A stretch of DNA of 63,586 bases, counting the filler, from Nemertoderma westbladi (Eukaryota > Animalia > Xenacoelomorpha), in the NCBI GenBank assembly GCA_032718475.1. It is 3 parts of 3 records of this genome, joined end to end, with 100 filler letters (N's around TTAATTAATTAA, not from the genome) between each part and the next. Parts side by side here need not be neighbours in the genome. Positions count along the whole stretch, not along the records: positions 45,676 to 63,586 come from JAUCBJ010000469.1; 2 more parts are not named here. One strand, written 5' to 3'. Position 1 is the stretch's first letter; every line of letters starts with the position of its first letter. Both the position numbers and the translations under genes were made by a program. Positions 58,778-63,586 of the stretch are shown here, piece by piece. The notes under the pieces were generated by a model. It was not told where the DNA came from. It did no database searches and worked only from the letters and a program-made list of their open reading frames with translations.

Positions 58778-61700
58778 GTAGCGCCCACCCCTACCTTAGG
58801 GTAGCAGATAGCAGTGGCTCCCACCCCACCCCTTCGGGTAGCAGATAGGAGTAGCTCCCACCCCTACTTTTGGGTAGCAGATAGGAGTAGCGCCCACCCC
58901 TACCTTAGGGTAGCATATAGGAGTGGCTCCCACCAAACCCCTTCGGGTAGCAGATAGCAGTAGCGCCCGCCCCTACTTTTGGGTAGCAGATAGGAGTAGC
59001 GCTCACCCCGCCCCTTCGGGTAGAAGATAGGAGTAGCGCCCACCCCTGCCTTCGTGTAGCAGATAGGAGTAGCGCCCACCCCCTACCTTAGGGTAGCATA
59101 TAGGAGTGGCTCCCACCCCACCCCTTCGTGTAGCAGATATGAGTAGCGCCCACCCCTACTTTTGGGTAGCAGATAGGAGTAGCGCTCACCCCACCCCTTC
59201 GGGTAGAAGATAGGAGTAGCTCCCACCCCAAACTTCGGGTAACAGATAGGAGTAGCGCCCACCCCTGCCTTCGGGTAGCAGATAAGAGTAGCGCCCACCC
59301 CTGCCTTCGGGTAGCAGATAGGAGTAGCGCCCACCCCTGCCTTCGGGTAGCAGATAGAAGTAGCGCCCACTCCTACTTTTGGGTAGGAGATAGGAGTAGC
59401 GCTCACCCCTACCTTAGGGTAGCATATAGGAGTGGCTCCCACCCCACCCCTTCGGGTAGCAGATAGGAGTAGCGCCCACCCCTACTTTTGGGTAGCAGAT
59501 AGGAGTAGCGCCCACCCCTACCTTCAGGTAGCAGATAGGAGTAGCGCCCACCCCTACCTTAGGGTAGCATATAGGAGTGGCTCCCACCCCACCCCTTCGG
59601 GTAGCAGATAGGAGTAGCGCCCACCCCTACTTTTGGGTAGCAGATAGGAGTAGCGCTCACCCCGCCCCTTCGGGTAGAAGATAGGAGTAGCGCCCACCCC
59701 AAACTTCGGGTAACAGATAGGAGTAGCGCCCACCCCTACCTTCAGATAGCAGATAGGAGTAGCGCCCACCCCTGCCTTCGGGTAGCAGATAGGAGTAGCG
59801 CCCACCCCTACCTTAGGGTAGCATATAGGAGTGGTTCCCACCCCACCCTTTCGGGTAGCAGATAGGAGTAGCGCCCACCCCTACTTTTGGGTAGCAGATA
59901 GGAGTAGCGCCCACCCCTACCTTCGGGTAGCAGATAGGAGTAGCGCTCACCCCGCCCCTTCGGGTAGAAGATAGGAGTAGCGCCCACCCCAAACTTCGGG
60001 TAACAGATAGGAGTAGCGCCCACCCCTACCTTCAGATAGCAGATAGGAGTAGCGCCCACCCCTACCTTCAGGTAGCAGATAGGAGTAGCGCCCACCCCTA
60101 CCTTCAGGTAGCAGATAGGAGTAGCGCTCACCCCGCCCCTTCGGGTAGAAGATAGGAGTAGCGCCCACCCCAAACTTCGGGTAACAGATAGGAGTAGCGC
60201 CCACCCCTACCTTCAGATAGCAGATAGGAGTAGCGCCCACCCCTACCTTCAGGTAGCAGATAGGAGTAGCGCCCACCCCTACATTCGGGTAGCAGATAGT
60301 AGTAGCGCTCACCCCACCCCTTCGGGTAGAAGATAGGAGTAGCGCCCACCCCAAACTTCGGGTAACAGATAGGAGTAGCGCCCACCCCTACCTTCAGGTA
60401 GCAGATAGGAGTAGCGCCCACCCCTACCTTCAGGTAGCAGATAGGAGTAGCGCCCACCCCTACCTTCAGGTAGCAGATAGGAGTAGCGCCCACCCCTACC
60501 TTCAGGTAGCAGATAGGAGTAGCGCCCACCCCTACCCTCGGGTAGCAGATAGGAGTAGCGCCCACCCCTACCTTCGGGTAGCAGATAGGAGTAGCGCCCA
60601 CCCCTACCTTCGTGTAGCAGATAGGAGTAGCGCCCACCCCTACCTTCAGGTAGCAGATAGGAGTAGCGCCCACCCCTACCTTCGGGTAGCAGATAGGAGT
60701 AGCGCCCACCCCTACCTTCGGGTAGCAGATAGGAGTAGCGCCCACCCCTACCTTCGGGTAGCAGATAGTAGTAGCGCCACCCCTACCCTTCGGGTAGCAG
60801 ATAGGAGTAGCGCCCACCCCTACCTTCGGGTAACAGATAGGAGTAGCGCCCACCCCTACCTTCAGGTAGCAGATAGGAGTAGCGCCCACCCCTACCTTCA
60901 GGTAGCAGATAGGAGTAGCGCCCACCCCTACCTTCAGGTAGCAGATAGGAGTAGCGCCCACCCCTACCTTCGGGTAGCAGATAGGAGTAGCGCCCACCCC
61001 TACCTTCGGGTAGCAGATAGGAGTAGCGCCCACCCCTACCTTCGGGTAGCAGATAGGAGTAGCGCCCACCCCTACCTTCAGGTAGCAGATAGGAGTAGCG
61101 CCCACCCCTACCTTCGGGTAGCAGATAGGAGTAGCGCCCACCCCTACCTTCGGGTAGCAGATAGGAGTAGCGCCCACCCCTACCTTCGGGTAGCAGATAG
61201 GAGTAGCGCCCACCCCTACCTTCAGGTAGCAGATAGGAGTAGCGCCCACCCCTACCTTCAGGTAGCAGATAGGAGTAGCGCCCACCCCTACCTTCAGGTA
61301 GCAGATAGGAGTAGCGCCCACCCCTACCTTCAGGTAGCAGATAGGAGTAGCGCCCACCCCTACCTTCAGGTAGCAGATAGGAGTAGCGCCCACCCCTACC
61401 TTCGGGTAGCAGATAGGAGTAGCGCCCACCCCTACCTTCGGGTAGCAGATAGGAGTAGCGCCCACCCCTACCTTCGGGTAGCAGATAGGAGTAGCGCCCA
61501 CCCCTACCTTCAGGTAGCAGATAGGAGTAGCGCCCACCCCTACCTTCGGGTAGCAGATAGGAGTAGCGCCCACCCCTACCTTCGGGTAGCAGATAGGAGT
61601 AGCGCCCACCCCTACCTTGGGGTAGCAGATAGGAGTAGCGCCCACCCCTACCTTCGGGTAGCAGATAGGAGTAGCGCCCACCCCTACCTTCGGGTAGCAG

Positions 61701-63586
61701 ATAGGAGTAGCGCCCACCCCTACCTTCGGGTAGCAGATAGGAGTAGCGCCCACCCCTACCTTCGGGTAGCAGATAGGAGTAGCGCCCACCCCTACCTTCG
61801 GGTAGCAATAGGAGTAGCGCCCACCCCTACCTTTCGGGTAGCAGATAGGAGTAGCGCCCACCCCTACCTTCGGGTAGCAGATAGGAGTAGCGCCCACCCC
61901 TACCTTCGGGTAGCAGATAGGAGTAGCGCCCACCCCTACCTTCGGGTAGCAGATAGGAGTAGCGCCCACCCCTACCTTCAGGGTAGCAGATAGGAGTAGC
62001 GCCCACCCCTACCTTCGGGTAGCAGATAGGAGTAGCGCCCACCCCTACCTTCGGGTAGCAGATAGGAGTAGCGCCCACCCCTACCTTCGGGTAGCAGATA
62101 GGAGTAGCGCCCACCCCTACCTTCGGGTAGCAGATAGGAGTAGCGCCCACCCCTACCTTCAGGCTAGCAGATAGGAGTAGCGCCCACCCCTACCTTCAGG
62201 TAGCAGATAGGAGTAGCGCCCACCCCTACCTTCGGGTAGCAGATAGGAGTAGCGCCCACCCCTACCTTCGGGTAGCAGATAGGAGTAGCGCCCACCCCTA
62301 CCTTCGGGTAGCAGATAGGAGTAGCGCCCACCCCTACCTTCAGGTAGCAGATAGGAGTAGCGCCCACCCCTACCTTCAGGTAGCAGATAGGAGTAGCGCC
62401 CACCCCTACCTTCAGGTAGCAGATAGGAGTAGCGCCCACCCCTACCTTCAGGTAGCAGATAGGAGTAGCGCCCACCCCTACCTTCGGGTAGCAGATAGGA
62501 GTAGCGCCCACCCCTACCTTCGGGTAGCAGATAGGAGTAGCGCCCACCCCTACCTTCGGGTCTAGCAGATAGGAGTAGCGCCCACCCCTACCTTCAGGTA
62601 GCAGATAGGAGTAGCGCCCACCCACTACCTTCGGGTAGCAGATAGGAGTAGCGCCCACCCCTACCTTCGGGTAACAGATAGGAGTAGCGCCCACCCCTAC
62701 CTTCGGGTAGCAGATAGGAGTAGCGCCACCCCTACCCTTCGGGTAGCAGATAGGAGTAGCGCCCACCCCTACCTTCGGGTAGCAGATAGGAGTAGCGCCC
62801 ACCCCTACCTTCGGGTAGCAGATAGGAGTAGCGCCCACCCCTACCTTCAGGTAGCAGATAGGAGTAGCGCCCACCCCTACCTTCAGGTAGCAGATAGGAG
62901 TAGCGCCCACCCCTACCTTCGGGTAGCAGATAGGAGTAGCGCCCACCCCTACCTTCGGGTAGCAGATAGGAGTAGCGCCCACCCCTACCTTCGGGTAGCA
63001 GATAGGAGTAGCGCCCACCCCTACCTTCAGGTAGCAGATAGGAGTAGCGCCCACCCCTACCTTCGGGTAGCAGATAGGAGTAGCGCCCACCCCTACCTTC
63101 GGGTAGCAGATAGGAGTAGCGCCCACCCCTACCTTCGGGTAGCAGATAGGAGTAGCGCCCACCCCTACCTTCGGGTAGCGATAGGAGTAGCGCCCACCCC
63201 TACCTTCGAGGTAGCAGATAGGAGTAGCGCCCACCCCTACCTTCAGGTAGCAGATAGGAGTAGCGCCCACCCCTACCTTCAGGTAGCAGATAGGAGTAGC
63301 GCCCACCCCTACCTTCAGGTAGCAGATAGGAGTAGCGCCCACCCCTACCTTCGGGTAGCAGATAGGAGTAGCGCCCACCCCTACCTTCGGGTAGCAGATA
63401 GGAGTAGCGCCCACCCCTACCTTCGGGTAGCAGATAGGAGTAGCGCCCACCCCTACCTTCAGGTCTAGCAGATAGGAGTAGCGCCCACCCCTACCTTCGG
63501 TGTAGCAGATAGGAGTAGCGCCCACCCCTACCTTCGGGTAGCAGATAGGAGTAGCGCCCACCCCTACCTTCGGGTAGCAGATAGGA
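58778..63586. repeat. 36-bp minisatellite array (>4.8 kb, runs off the window end), intronic
   Basis: Unit GTAGCAGATAGGAGTAGCGCCCACCCCTACCTTC(G/A)G, starting ~100 nt after the exon donor at 58682. Confidence 0.97.

Noticed and set aside
59083-63561. VGVGATPICYPK / GRGGRYSYLLPE repeat ORFs
   Set aside because: Antisense read-outs of an intronic 36-bp array with frequent frame-breaking indels and no unique domains.
58778-63586. CRISPR-like array (36-bp repeats)
   Set aside because: Units are head-to-tail with no unique spacers, there are no cas genes, and the context is a eukaryotic intron.

Overview
Eukaryotic (most likely invertebrate animal) DNA made of three segments joined by artificial 100-nt spacers (44 N + TTAATTAATTAA + 44 N at 23033-23132 and 45576-45675), so adjacency across the spacers is not biological evidence. 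Segment 1 (1-23032) holds the 5' end of an RTE-type LINE with a highly structured 5' UTR, a spliced gene for a Cys-containing, probably GPI-anchored protein, BEL/Pao and LINE fragments, and four single-exon CDSs: TTI1 (+) converging on a co-oriented minus-strand run of C2H2-ZF, DPH4/DNAJC24 and ABCB8. DPH4 and ABCB8 are only 34 nt apart, with an AATAAA inside the last DPH4 codons and a splice-acceptor-like CAG 4 nt before the ABCB8 ATG, which suggests a eukaryotic operon. Segment 2 (23133-45575) is transposon-dense: a DDX1 pseudogene fragment, Helitron/Helentron-like non-autonomous elements, a SCAN-domain Gypsy element lacking integrase, a two-LTR Gypsy-like element whose LTRs end CG...CG instead of TG...CA, a mariner relic, MITEs and a tRNA-derived SINE head. 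Segment 3 (45676-63586) holds the 3' part of a Gypsy element, five exons of an SLC28/CNT nucleoside transporter, and 45/25-bp and 36-bp minisatellite arrays upstream of the first and downstream of the last visible exon. All calls come from reading the sequence; no searches were run.
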